NCBI RefSeq assembly: GCF_051307035.1
Contig: NZ_CP195536.1
Location: 1,980,001-2,012,000, forward strand
Direction: 5' to 3'
Source: Psychrobacter sp. DM4
GTDB lineage: Bacteria > Pseudomonadota > Gammaproteobacteria > Pseudomonadales > Moraxellaceae
Length of the DNA stretch: 32,000 bases
Shown: positions 8,372 to 16,686 of the stretch, piece by piece
Position numbering within the stretch: position 1 is the stretch's first letter
How the letters are laid out: each line of letters opens with the position of its first letter
Notes under the pieces: generated by a model
Database searches by the model: none
What the model saw: only the letters and a program-made list of their open reading frames with translations
What the model was told of the DNA's origin: nothing
Program-made: the position numbers and the translations under genes

Positions 8372-9562
8372 ATGACCAACCCTAATCTTCAAAAATTAAA
8401 CCATTACGGCTCAGGCAGTTATCTTGCTAGCGATGTCACTGTACTGCTCGACATCGTCGCTAAAGACGCGGTTACCGATGTGCCCGTCACTCAAAAAGAA
8501 GCGCTGATTCAAAGTGGACAGCGTCATTATTCGGACATGCTAACCCTAGAGCAAGCACCAACAGCCATGCATGAGCAACTGTATAAGCAGGCACTGGATC
8601 AAGGCACAGATAGAACCGCAACCGATATTGCCAATTTAGCTTATACGCTAAGTCGTATTTTTCAGCAGACTGTCAATGTTGAGCATCCATTAGTATTGGT
8701 CAGCTTAGTACGGGCAGGTTTGCCAATTGGCGTATTATTACAACGGGCCTTATCAGATAATGGAAATTCAGATAATGAAAATTCAGATGCTGATAGCAGC
8801 TATGCGCTGCCAAGTGTGCATTTTGGTATCAGCATTATTCGTGATCGCGGTTTAGATGCTGTTGCTTTGCAAATGATATTGGAATTTTATCCAAACAGCC
8901 CTATCGTATTCGTCGATGGCTGGACAGGCAAAGGCGCTATTTATCAGGAACTAGCTCGTAGCTTAGAGCCATTTAGCGATAGCAGTCACCCCCATTTTGA
9001 AAATATTTTTCATCAAGGAAAAGACGTTATTCCCCTGCTGACACTGGCTGATCCAGCGGGCGTCGCTTGGCTTGCGGCGAGCGAAGATGATTGGCTCATT
9101 CCATCAGGTTTATTAAACAGCACCGTGTCAGGACTCATATCACGCAGCCTCTATACTGAGCCGCAATTAGGACTACATCGCAGCGTGTTCTATGATAACT
9201 TGAGTGATAAGGATCATAGCTTAGCGCTGGTTGATCGTATTGATGCAACGAGGCGTACAATAGCAACACCTTTGCTAGGTTTGCCAACGTTTGCTCTGCC
9301 TCGGTATCAGACCTCTGATCTCATAGATAAAATAGCAGTAGACTATAACATCACCAATCGCAATCGCATTAAGCCGACCATTGCAGAGGCAACGCGGGCT
9401 ATATTACGCCGTGATCCTGAGCGCATTTTACTTGCCGCATCCGACCATCCTGATACTTTATTATTGCGTCATTTATGCGAAGATCGTGATATCACTATCA
9501 GTATATTAGGTGATAAAATACGGCCCTATCAAGCCATCACTTTGATCAAGCAACGTAGCTGA
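8372..9562 (+). CDS. Second Ter-associated PRTase-like protein with C-terminal L7Ae/PELOTA-like domain
   Basis: 396 aa. PRTase-like core: 'LVLVSLVRAGLPIGVLL', 'IVFVDGWTGKGAI'. The C-terminal ~70 aa, 'ATRAILRRDPERILLAASDHPDTLLLRHLCEDRDITISILGDKIRPYQAITLI', follows the L7Ae/Pelota RNA-binding pattern. It contains an in-frame 15-bp tandem repeat that encodes SDNGN/SDNEN/SDADS. Confidence 0.7.
   Translation: MTNPNLQKLNHYGSGSYLASDVTVLLDIVAKDAVTDVPVTQKEALIQSGQRHYSDMLTLEQAPTAMHEQLYKQALDQGTDRTATDIANLAYTLSRIFQQTVNVEHPLVLVSLVRAGLPIGVLLQRALSDNGNSDNENSDADSSYALPSVHFGISIIRDRGLDAVALQMILEFYPNSPIVFVDGWTGKGAIYQELARSLEPFSDSSHPHFENIFHQGKDVIPLLTLADPAGVAWLAASEDDWLIPSGLLNSTVSGLISRSLYTEPQLGLHRSVFYDNLSDKDHSLALVDRIDATRRTIATPLLGLPTFALPRYQTSDLIDKIAVDYNITNRNRIKPTIAEATRAILRRDPERILLAASDHPDTLLLRHLCEDRDITISILGDKIRPYQAITLIKQRS
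8753..8797 (+). repeat. In-frame 15-bp tandem repeat (about 3 units) inside the PRTase gene
   Basis: Units are 'tcagataatggaaat' (8753-8767), 'tcagataatgaaaat' (8768-8782) and a degenerate 'tcagatgctgatagc' (8783-8797). Confidence 0.85.
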
Positions 9563-9605
9563 GAGATTTGAGCTTCTACGACTGTCCTATTAATATATAT
9601 TCTGC

Positions 9606-10724
9606 ATGTTAAAACCAATATTTCACTCACTTATGATGCCTACTATGTCAGATACGCCAGATAACGAGTCAAACCTCTATAGCTATACCCAGTCTTATGC
9701 GCATCTGATCACTGAGCGTCATGCGATGGTCAAGCCGCATACTCATCACCCTTATCAGTTGGGTGCTAGCCTCTATATGCCAGCGACGCGTCAAGACATC
9801 TGGCAAGTCATCAAACGTGATAAATTACCGAAGATTAACAGCATTATCATCTGCCTAGAGGATGCGGTAAGTCATAGCGATGTAGAGCTGGCGCTGGAAC
9901 GTTTGCAGACGTTGCTGAATACGTGGCACGAGCATAGTGATACGATCAATGAGCCATCGAGAGTGGGCCTTGAATCAGACTTAGGCACCCAGCAACCGAC
10001 ACGGCCGCTAGTGTTTGTGCGTCCACGCAATCCTATGATGCTACAACAATTGGCAGATTATCCTCATATTGACCTGCTCGATGGTTTTGTCATGCCCAAA
10101 GTCGATATGTATAGCTTATCCAATTGGCGCATGGTATGTCAGAACTTGAGTGACGATCAGCTATTGATGCCAACACTTGAGACTGCTGCTTTATTCAATC
10201 CTCATCACAATCAAGAGCTGGCTATAGCTTTTAAAGAAGCTTTTAATCAGCCTGTCTTTGCGCTACGTATCGGCGGTAATGACTTGTTTGCTACGCTACG
10301 CCTGCGTCGCCCTAGAAATAGCATCATCTATGATACGCCTATTGGTACTCTTGCCTATCAGCTGCTAGGCTGCTTTGTGCCGCACGGGTTTTATCTATCT
10401 GCGCCTGTCTTTGAGTATCTAGATCAGCCTATGTTGTTTATGCAAGAGCTCAGTCGTGACGTCAGTTTGGGGCTGGTTGGCAAAACCGTCATTCACCCAA
10501 GCCAAATAGCCTTAGTTCAGCAGGCCTATTGTGTGCCTATGAGTATGCTAGATGAGGCGCAAGCGATCCTTCATAGTGAAGCAAAAGCGGTCTTTAAATT
10601 TAACAATACCATGTTAGAGCCTGCCACCCACCGCGCTTGGGCTACCGAAATCGTCAATCGCGCTGAGGTGTTCGGTACTATCAACAATAGTAGCAATGAG
10701 TTTAATTCGCGGCTACAAGCGTAA
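9606..10724 (+). CDS. HpcH/HpaI aldolase / citrate lyase beta (CitE)-like TIM-barrel C-C lyase (Ter-associated)
   Basis: 372 aa. 'LGASLYMPATRQD', 'IIICLEDAV', 'LRIGGNDLFATLRLRR' and 'GKTVIHPSQI' match the CitE/HpcH-like pattern. It is the last gene of the co-directional run 4887-10724. The start is ambiguous, with ATGs at 9606, 9633, 9636 and 9645. Confidence 0.75.
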   Translation: MLKPIFHSLMMPTMSDTPDNESNLYSYTQSYAHLITERHAMVKPHTHHPYQLGASLYMPATRQDIWQVIKRDKLPKINSIIICLEDAVSHSDVELALERLQTLLNTWHEHSDTINEPSRVGLESDLGTQQPTRPLVFVRPRNPMMLQQLADYPHIDLLDGFVMPKVDMYSLSNWRMVCQNLSDDQLLMPTLETAALFNPHHNQELAIAFKEAFNQPVFALRIGGNDLFATLRLRRPRNSIIYDTPIGTLAYQLLGCFVPHGFYLSAPVFEYLDQPMLFMQELSRDVSLGLVGKTVIHPSQIALVQQAYCVPMSMLDEAQAILHSEAKAVFKFNNTMLEPATHRAWATEIVNRAEVFGTINNSSNEFNSRLQA

Positions 10725-10832
10725 ATTATTTACCTATTTATATATTGTATTGGCTTGATAAGCTAGGTAAGATGATTTGCATTGGTCCAAATGACCGATG
10801 GTAAATTTATAAAATAAAATATCAAAACGTTA

Positions 10833-10905
10833 TTCACAGGGGCGCCTTTAGGCTGAGATGTACCCTTTGAACCTGATCCAGGTCGTACTGGCGTAGGGAG
10901 TGTAT
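10833..10905 (+). promoter_or_regulatory. TPP (THI-box) riboswitch aptamer upstream of thiM
   Basis: 'acaggggcgcctttaggctgagatgtaccctttgaacctgatccaggtcgtactggcgtagggag' contains the conserved THI-box elements GGGG.GC, CUGAGA, ACCC, AACCUGAUC and GGCGUAGGGA. Downstream, 'gttttctc' (10938-10945) can pair with the SD region 'gagagaac' (10966-10973), which suggests translational control. Confidence 0.9.
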
Positions 10906-10973
10906 AGCTGTCACCGTATCCAATCGTGATGCTATGCGTTTTCTCGCCTGCTATTTTTAGTTATGGAGAGAAC

Positions 10974-11771
10974 ATGCACCCTCAATCGATTCATTCGTGT
11001 TTTACTGCTTTTCGTACTCAAGCGCCCTTAGTACACAACATCACTAATTTTGTCGCGATGAGTACCGCTGCCAATGTTCTACTAGCCGCTGGTGCCTCGC
11101 CCGCTATGGTGCACGCTAGAACAGAGGCGCCAGAGTTTGTCCGCCTATCCCACGCACTCACCATTAATATCGGCACGTTATCACCTGATTGGCTGGATAG
11201 TATGCTGGCAACGGTAGAAGTCGCTCACAACCAAAACATCCCCTGGGTCTTAGACCCTGTTGCGGTAGGAGCTACTACCTTTCGTAAGCAGAGCTGTGCG
11301 CAATTATTAGCGTTCAAACCCGATGTCATTCGCGGTAACGCTTCAGAGATTTTGGCGCTTGCCGGTATGAATAGCAAAAGCCGTGGCGCAGATAGCGGCG
11401 ATACTGTCGAGTCGGCAAAGGTAGCCGCTCAAGAGTTAACTCAACATGCCAAAGTCGTTGTCGTCACCGGTGAGGTCGATTGGGTTACTGATGGCACGCA
11501 GCGATGGAGCGTACATCAAGGCGTACCTATGATGACTCGTGTGACCGCGATCGGCTGTGCACTGACCTCTTTGATTGGCGGCTTTGTCGGTAGTAATCGC
11601 GACGACTTGGCAGGCGCTGTCATCAGTGCTCTATGCTATTACGGACAGGCGGGTGAACTGGCGGATAAGACAGCAAAAGGTCCTGGCAGTTTCTATGTCG
11701 AATTTTTGGATGCTCTCTATCATCTAGATGCTGATCAAGTCTCTAAACACGCCAAGGTGATTGTCATATGA
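10974..11771 (+). CDS. thiM: Hydroxyethylthiazole kinase
   Basis: Collinear with E. coli ThiM: 'PLVHNITNFVAMSTAANVLLAAGASPAMV', 'LTINIGTL', 'PWVLDPVAVGAT', 'IRGNASEILALAG', 'VVVTGEVDWVTDG', 'GPGSFYVEFLDALY'. The ATG at 10974, with RBS 'ggagag' 3 nt upstream, is preferred over the listed 10926 start. Confidence 0.93.
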   Translation: MHPQSIHSCFTAFRTQAPLVHNITNFVAMSTAANVLLAAGASPAMVHARTEAPEFVRLSHALTINIGTLSPDWLDSMLATVEVAHNQNIPWVLDPVAVGATTFRKQSCAQLLAFKPDVIRGNASEILALAGMNSKSRGADSGDTVESAKVAAQELTQHAKVVVVTGEVDWVTDGTQRWSVHQGVPMMTRVTAIGCALTSLIGGFVGSNRDDLAGAVISALCYYGQAGELADKTAKGPGSFYVEFLDALYHLDADQVSKHAKVIVI

Positions 11772-12427
11772 GCCTATCCAACCAAAACAACACTAGCAAA
11801 TCTAGTGAAGCATTACGCTTATATCTAGTCACCGATAGCGCGATGTGTACAGAATATGGATTAATTGACACCGTTTGCGCGGCCATTGATGGCGGCGTTA
11901 CGATGGTACAGTTGCGCGACAAACAAGCTAATGATGATGAGTTGTACAACACGGCTTGCGCGCTCAAAGAAGCGATTGCTGGACGTGTGCCTCTAGTCAT
12001 AAATGATCGTGTCGCTATTGCCAAAAAAGCTCAGCTTGATGGCGTCCATCTTGGACAAGGCGATATGTCTATCAGTAAAGCGCGAGCGATCTTAGGCGCG
12101 GACGTTTGGCTGGGATTGTCGATTAATACTCTCGATGAGCTACGCATCGCACACGCTCAGCACCTCTCACATCTGGACTACGTCGGTATCGGTCCCGTCT
12201 TTGCCACCGCAACCAAAGCTAATCATGCAGACCCTATCGGTATAAAAGGCTTGGGGGCTTTGGTCGCACAGAGTCAATTACCTACGGTAGCCATTGGCGG
12301 TATTGGTCAAGACAATGCCGCTGACGTCTATACCACAGGCTGCGACGGTATCGCTGTCGTCTCAGCGATTTGCAGAGCTGCCGATCCAAAAGCTGCTGCC
12401 AAAACTCTATTAGGAGCACAATTATGA
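11768..12427 (+). CDS. thiE: Thiamine-phosphate synthase
   Basis: 'LYLVTD', 'VQLRDK', 'LVINDRVAIA', 'GVHLGQGD', 'GIGPVFATATK' and 'VAIGGI' motifs. The start overlaps the thiM stop in an ATGA junction. Confidence 0.93.
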   Translation: MSLSNQNNTSKSSEALRLYLVTDSAMCTEYGLIDTVCAAIDGGVTMVQLRDKQANDDELYNTACALKEAIAGRVPLVINDRVAIAKKAQLDGVHLGQGDMSISKARAILGADVWLGLSINTLDELRIAHAQHLSHLDYVGIGPVFATATKANHADPIGIKGLGALVAQSQLPTVAIGGIGQDNAADVYTTGCDGIAVVSAICRAADPKAAAKTLLGAQL

Positions 12428-13218
12428 TTGCCAATATTTTAACCATTGCTGGTACTGACTGTACTGGCGGTGCAGGTATTCAAGCAGATATCAAAGCCAT
12501 CAGCGCCAATGGCGGCTATGCGATGAGCGTCATCACGGCAGTCGTCGCGCAAAACACTCAAGGCGTCCAGCAAATTCAGATGCTACCTACTCAGATGGTA
12601 CGCGCTCAAATTGACTCGGTGTTTAGTGATGTGCGCGTTGATGCGGTCAAAATCGGTATGCTCGGTAGCGCTGACATTATTAATTGTGTAAGCGATGCCT
12701 TGGCAAAATACCAACCCAAAAAAGTCGTACTCGATCCGGTTATGGTTGCCAAGAGTGGGGATCGCTTGCTGGATGCCGATGCGCTATCGGCGATGCGTAA
12801 GCTACTGCCACTAGTCGGACTGATCACGCCTAATCTACCAGAAGCAGCGGACTTACTAGGTGAGGAGGAGGCTAAAGATCGCAATGAGATGCTAGCGCAA
12901 GCTGGTCGCCTGTCAGTGCCTACCTTTTTGAAGGGTGGTCATTTACAGCAGGACGATTCGCCAGATTTATTATACGTCGATGGCGCGCATCAATGGTTTG
13001 AAAGCGTACGAATAAATACCAAAAATAGTCATGGTACAGGATGTACGTTGTCAGCGGCGATTGCCACCTATTGGGGACGCGGTGACGATCTAGATGTCGC
13101 TTGTGCAAAAGCAAAAACCTATCTCACTGGTGCGCTACAACACGCGGACAAACTCGACGTTGGACAAGGTCAAGGCCCTGTGCACCATTTTCATGAGTTC
13201 TACTCGGTTTCGGAGTGA
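12424..13218 (+). CDS. thiD: Hydroxymethylpyrimidine/phosphomethylpyrimidine kinase
   Basis: 'ILTIAGTDCTGGAGIQADIKA', 'VDAVKIGML', 'VVLDPVMVAKSG', 'LITPNLPEA', 'HGTGCTLSAAIA'. The ATG at 12424 has RBS 'aggag' and overlaps the thiE stop in an ATGA junction, so it is preferred over the listed 12370 start. Confidence 0.93.
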   Translation: MIANILTIAGTDCTGGAGIQADIKAISANGGYAMSVITAVVAQNTQGVQQIQMLPTQMVRAQIDSVFSDVRVDAVKIGMLGSADIINCVSDALAKYQPKKVVLDPVMVAKSGDRLLDADALSAMRKLLPLVGLITPNLPEAADLLGEEEAKDRNEMLAQAGRLSVPTFLKGGHLQQDDSPDLLYVDGAHQWFESVRINTKNSHGTGCTLSAAIATYWGRGDDLDVACAKAKTYLTGALQHADKLDVGQGQGPVHHFHEFYSVSE

Positions 13219-13258
13219 ATATTCTATAATGATTAAGCTGGTCTAAAGAGTATTCATT

Positions 13259-13916
13259 ATGATTAAAAATGGATTACCAGCTCCATACGTTATGCTCGTA
13301 TTGGCGCCATTACTTTGGGCAACGAGCAACGTCACAGGCAAGCTTGGCAAAGGCTGGCTGACCCCGTATGAGATGACATTTTTTCGCTGGTTTATCGCGA
13401 CCCTTATCTTGACGTTTTTTGCTCGCAGGCTGATTGAAAAAGATTGGGCGATGATCAAACAACATTTGCTATGGTTGTTTATCGTTGGTGGCGGCGGTTT
13501 TGCTTTATTTAATATTGTTCTATATAGCGCCTCTTCTTTGGGTCAGTTTAATGTGGGCGATGAGTTTGGCAGGACTGATCGTTGCGACGCCTTTTTATGG
13601 CTATGATTTGGCACAAAATGGCATCCACTTTCCTGATTGGCGCGGATGGCTGATGCTGCTCTATATTGCGGTATTTATCTCTAAGCTGTTTTATATGGAA
13701 AGCGTCATCCAGATCGGAGCAAATCGTGCGTCACTGGCTATGAGTCTGTTGCCTGTGTTTGGCACGGTGATGGGTGTGTTGTTTTTAAAAGATGAGATAA
13801 TGACCATCAATCATATCATTGCGCTAGGATTGGTCATGGTAGGTATCGTAAGCTCAGAATATGGGGCCGCGCTAAGACGACAACCCCATAGGCAAATTGT
13901 AGCTACTAAGAATTAA
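13259..13916 (+). pseudogene. EamA/DMT-family transporter remnant (frameshift plus probable internal deletion)
   Basis: Two overlapping ORFs, 13259-13606 and 13485-13916, lie in different frames (+1 shift). The first encodes DMT-like TM1-3, ending 'GGGGFALFNIVLYSA'. The second encodes the last four helices, including 'LLPVFGTVMGVLFLKDEI...ALGLVMVGIV'. The combined span is about 219 codons, against about 290-300 for intact 10-TM EamA proteins. That implies loss of about 3 helices near 13530-13545. Confidence 0.55.
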
Positions 13917-13943
13917 GAGTGCTAAGACCTAGCTAAAATAGCG

Positions 13944-13990
13944 GATACTGATACTGATACTGATACTAAGATTGAGATTGAGACTGACTG
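13944..13990. repeat. Hexanucleotide microsatellite block spanning the stop codon of the hydrolase gene
   Basis: (gatact)x4 at 13944-13967, directly followed by (agattg)x2 + agactg at 13969-13986. On the minus strand this encodes the C-terminal 'SQSQSQS', then the TAG stop (13966-13968), then an in-frame (TAT CAG)n continuation. Confidence 0.9.
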
Positions 13991-14790
13991 GCTAAAAACT
14001 TACTCATGACTTTGTTCACAGCATCAGGTGCTTCTACTGTCGAGGTATGTCCTGAGCCTTTGATGACCGCAAGCTTGGAGCTTTTAATACCAAAGTGCAT
14101 GCGCTCAGCTTTGCTATAAGGCGTTGCCACATCTTCGTCACCTACGATGATAAGTGTCGGTGTGGTGATGTGGCCGAGCTGATCAAGGATACCTTTACGT
14201 TCAATGACCCCTGTTGTTGCTTTGACCACGCCGCCTTTGCGGTTGGTTTGTAGTACGGATAACCATTCTTTACGAGCCGCTTTTTGCGTTTTATCGGCTA
14301 AAAAGGTCGCGCCGAACATAATAGGCATTACTTTTTTACTGACCCGTTTCATACCGAGTAAGCGGATTGCCATCAATAACTTTTTGTAGCCCGGTACATT
14401 TTCTAGATCCTCAGCATCAGCAGAGGTATCTATTAGCGTTAGCGTATTTAATAAATCAGGGCGCTTAATGGCAACGCGCTGACCGACAAAGCCGCCCATA
14501 GACAACCCAACATAGTGACAGCTATCGACATTTAGGGTGTTAAGTAGCTCGATCGCATCATCCGCTAACGTGTCCATATCGTAGCCGTCTTTGGTAATCT
14601 GCGACTTCCCTTGACCACGAAAGTCAAAAGCGATACAGCGATAGTCGTCTTTGAAATGCTCAACTTGGTTTTTAAACAAGCGCGTATTCCATAATAAACC
14701 GTGTGCAAATAGCATCACAGGTTTTTGCTGCTCATCGGGAGCGCTGTCTTCGTAATAAATGTCCGTATTATTGATCTTGATATGAGGCAT
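13966..14790 (-). CDS. Alpha/beta-fold hydrolase
   Basis: 274 aa. Oxyanion 'LFAHGLLWN', nucleophile elbow 'GLSMGG', C-terminal 'GSGHTS' histidine motif. Substrate unknown. Confidence 0.85.
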   Translation of the reverse strand: MPHIKINNTDIYYEDSAPDEQQKPVMLFAHGLLWNTRLFKNQVEHFKDDYRCIAFDFRGQGKSQITKDGYDMDTLADDAIELLNTLNVDSCHYVGLSMGGFVGQRVAIKRPDLLNTLTLIDTSADAEDLENVPGYKKLLMAIRLLGMKRVSKKVMPIMFGATFLADKTQKAARKEWLSVLQTNRKGGVVKATTGVIERKGILDQLGHITTPTLIIVGDEDVATPYSKAERMHFGIKSSKLAVIKGSGHTSTVEAPDAVNKVMSKFLASQSQSQS

Positions 14791-15076
14791 AACGACTTCC
14801 TTGTGTAGTATGAATATTTAGGTATTGGCGTAAAGCTTTAGATAAGTGACCATCGATAAAATCAAAGCCCTAGCCAAAGAGTTATTTGTACTGCTTAGTG
14901 GCACGTTTTAGCATAAGTCACAAAGGGATGCTTTGATAGTAGTATTTTTGAATGAGAAGTTTTACCATCTATTTATTATGGCGCAAAAGTGTACAAAACC
15001 TGATTTTCTCATCGTCTCAAACTGCTATAGTATTCAATGATTGCGCACCCAACTTCACTTATTTTAAGGATATAAC

Positions 15077-15874
15077 ATGTCTCAAGCTCTCGTCGACTAT
15101 CAAAGCGACAACCATATCGCCACCATCACTATGAATGATCCCAAAACCTTGAATGCTTTTAGTACGCCTCTAAAAAACGCCATTATGGAAGCACTTGATA
15201 AGGCTGATCAGGATGCCGATGTGAGAGTTATCGTGCTACAAGGTAGTGCTAATAACTTTTCTAGCGGTGGTCACATTGGTGAAATGCTTGAGAACGGTAT
15301 GGAATCTGAGGCGCTAGTCGCTAAGCTTGATTTTATGCTACGAGAAGTCGCTGAAGTGAGTCTTAAACTACGCAATATTCACAAGCCTATTATCGCAAAA
15401 CTAGAAGGCGCGGTTGCTGGCGCGGGTATGAATCTGGCATTGACTTGTGATTTTCGTATCGCTGCCGATAACGCAAAATTTGTACAAGCCTTTGTCAATA
15501 TTGGCCTCATTCCAGATGCGGGCGGTATCTATTTATTAAACCAATTAATCGGCGCAGCTAAGACTACTGAACTGGTTATGCTCGGTGATAAGTTAAAGGC
15601 AGAAGATGTCGCTCGTCTGAACTTAGTCAATAAAGTCGTCAGCAAGGAAGAGCTCGATAATGAAGTGACTGTGCTTGCTACGCGCTTGAGTCAACTACCC
15701 GGCAAGGCGCTTGCCTCCATGAAGCATATGCTCAACGTCCATGCCTACTCTGGACTCAATGAAGCACTGGATATGGAAGTAGAGCAACAGAATTTGATGG
15801 CGGTCACCGATGACTTTAAAGAAGGTATAACCGCTTTTATGGAGAAGCGTAAACCCGTTTATCAGGGGAAGTAA
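15077..15874 (+). CDS. Enoyl-CoA hydratase/isomerase (crotonase) family protein
   Basis: 265 aa. 'ITMNDPKTLNAF', 'VIVLQGSANNFSSGG', 'KPIIAKLEGAVAGAGMNLALTCDFRIA', 'GLIPDAGG', 'AFMEKRKPVY'. Confidence 0.9.
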   Translation: MSQALVDYQSDNHIATITMNDPKTLNAFSTPLKNAIMEALDKADQDADVRVIVLQGSANNFSSGGHIGEMLENGMESEALVAKLDFMLREVAEVSLKLRNIHKPIIAKLEGAVAGAGMNLALTCDFRIAADNAKFVQAFVNIGLIPDAGGIYLLNQLIGAAKTTELVMLGDKLKAEDVARLNLVNKVVSKEELDNEVTVLATRLSQLPGKALASMKHMLNVHAYSGLNEALDMEVEQQNLMAVTDDFKEGITAFMEKRKPVYQGK

Positions 15875-16051
15875 GTTCTAAACCCAAAAGCCTTCTATTC
15901 TGATACAGAGTTCTCTACAACAGGCTTTTGGGGTTCTATAATCAAAAATCAAACGCTACGATTTAAACAATGTGCTTTGAGCCATGCATTTTAAACAATA
16001 TGTTTTAACGGTGTTTTTAGCATTGTTTGAAATGACGTAATGGTATCAAGT

Positions 16052-16492
16052 CTACTTTGCTGGCGGACCCCATTGATTGGTTTCAAATTTGGTTTCGCTA
16101 GCCATAAACACTAGCAATATGATAGAGCCTATTAACGGCACAATGGATATCAAAAACCACCACCCTGAGCGACTAGTATCGTGAAGGCGACGTATAGAAA
16201 CAGCAATGCCAGGTAAAAATAGACCAAGCGCGACTATGATATAAAATAGACCCGTTTCTGAGCTAAATATAATGGCATCGAGTACTATCGCTGCGATGAT
16301 CAAGCCCATTTGCACTAAAAAGAAATACCAATACTCTTTACGACGGGCGCGACCAGAAAAATTAACGTAGTTTTTCAAGCCTTTTTTAAACCAATCAATA
16401 ATCCCGTAGTTTGCTTCTGCAGCATGATTATTGACAGTATTCTGTGGTAAAGGTGGCGGCGTCGCTTTATCGAGCATATTTTTGCTTTCCAT
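16052..16492 (-). CDS. DUF805-family inner-membrane protein
   Basis: 146 aa. 'GRARRKEYWYFFL' and 'IRRLHDTSRSGWW' are the DUF805 (YhaH/YhaI-like) signature, flanked by 3-4 TM helices. A proline-rich N-terminus precedes them. Confidence 0.8.
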   Translation of the reverse strand: MESKNMLDKATPPPLPQNTVNNHAAEANYGIIDWFKKGLKNYVNFSGRARRKEYWYFFLVQMGLIIAAIVLDAIIFSSETGLFYIIVALGLFLPGIAVSIRRLHDTSRSGWWFLISIVPLIGSIILLVFMASETKFETNQWGPPAK

Positions 16493-16618
16493 AAGTTTAA
16501 GTTTAGTGTTGATGTTTTCTAGCAGTGGAAGTACTAATCCAAATTAATGCACAACTTTGATTATAAGTACTCAATAAAAGTTTGCAAACTGTTATTTATG
16601 TTTTGTTCTATCTTAACG

Positions 16619-16658
16619 AAGAAACCCCGCATCATCACGATACGGGGTTTCTGTTTTT
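16619..16658 (-). terminator. Hairpin terminator downstream of acnB
   Basis: 'gaaaccccg' (16621-16629) pairs with 'cggggtttc' (16643-16651). The T-rich flank is clearer on the plus-strand side ('tgttttt') than on the minus-strand side ('ttcgtt'), so the strand assignment is by context. Confidence 0.6.
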
Positions 16659-16686
16659 AGAGTATTAAAAAGCGTTTAAATCCAAA

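Noticed and set aside
10725-13218. Functional link between the thiamine operon and the adjacent Ter biosynthetic module (both use phosphoribosyl/pyrophosphate chemistry).
   Set aside because: The thi genes have their own TPP riboswitch and are standard thiM/thiE/thiD. The adjacency is most simply coincidental.
15883-15932. 10-bp inverted repeat 'cccaaaagcc'/'ggcttttggg' downstream of the crotonase gene.
   Set aside because: The loop is about 30 nt and no T-run follows. It may help 3'-end formation but does not meet rho-independent terminator criteria.
15961-16034. Recurrent 'TTTAAACAAT' motif: direct copies at 15962-15971 and 15990-15999, plus an inverted 'cattgttt' at 16021-16028, between convergent genes.
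   Set aside because: These are short, AT-rich and imperfect outside the core, with no associated gene start. This is likely compositional noise or a relic.
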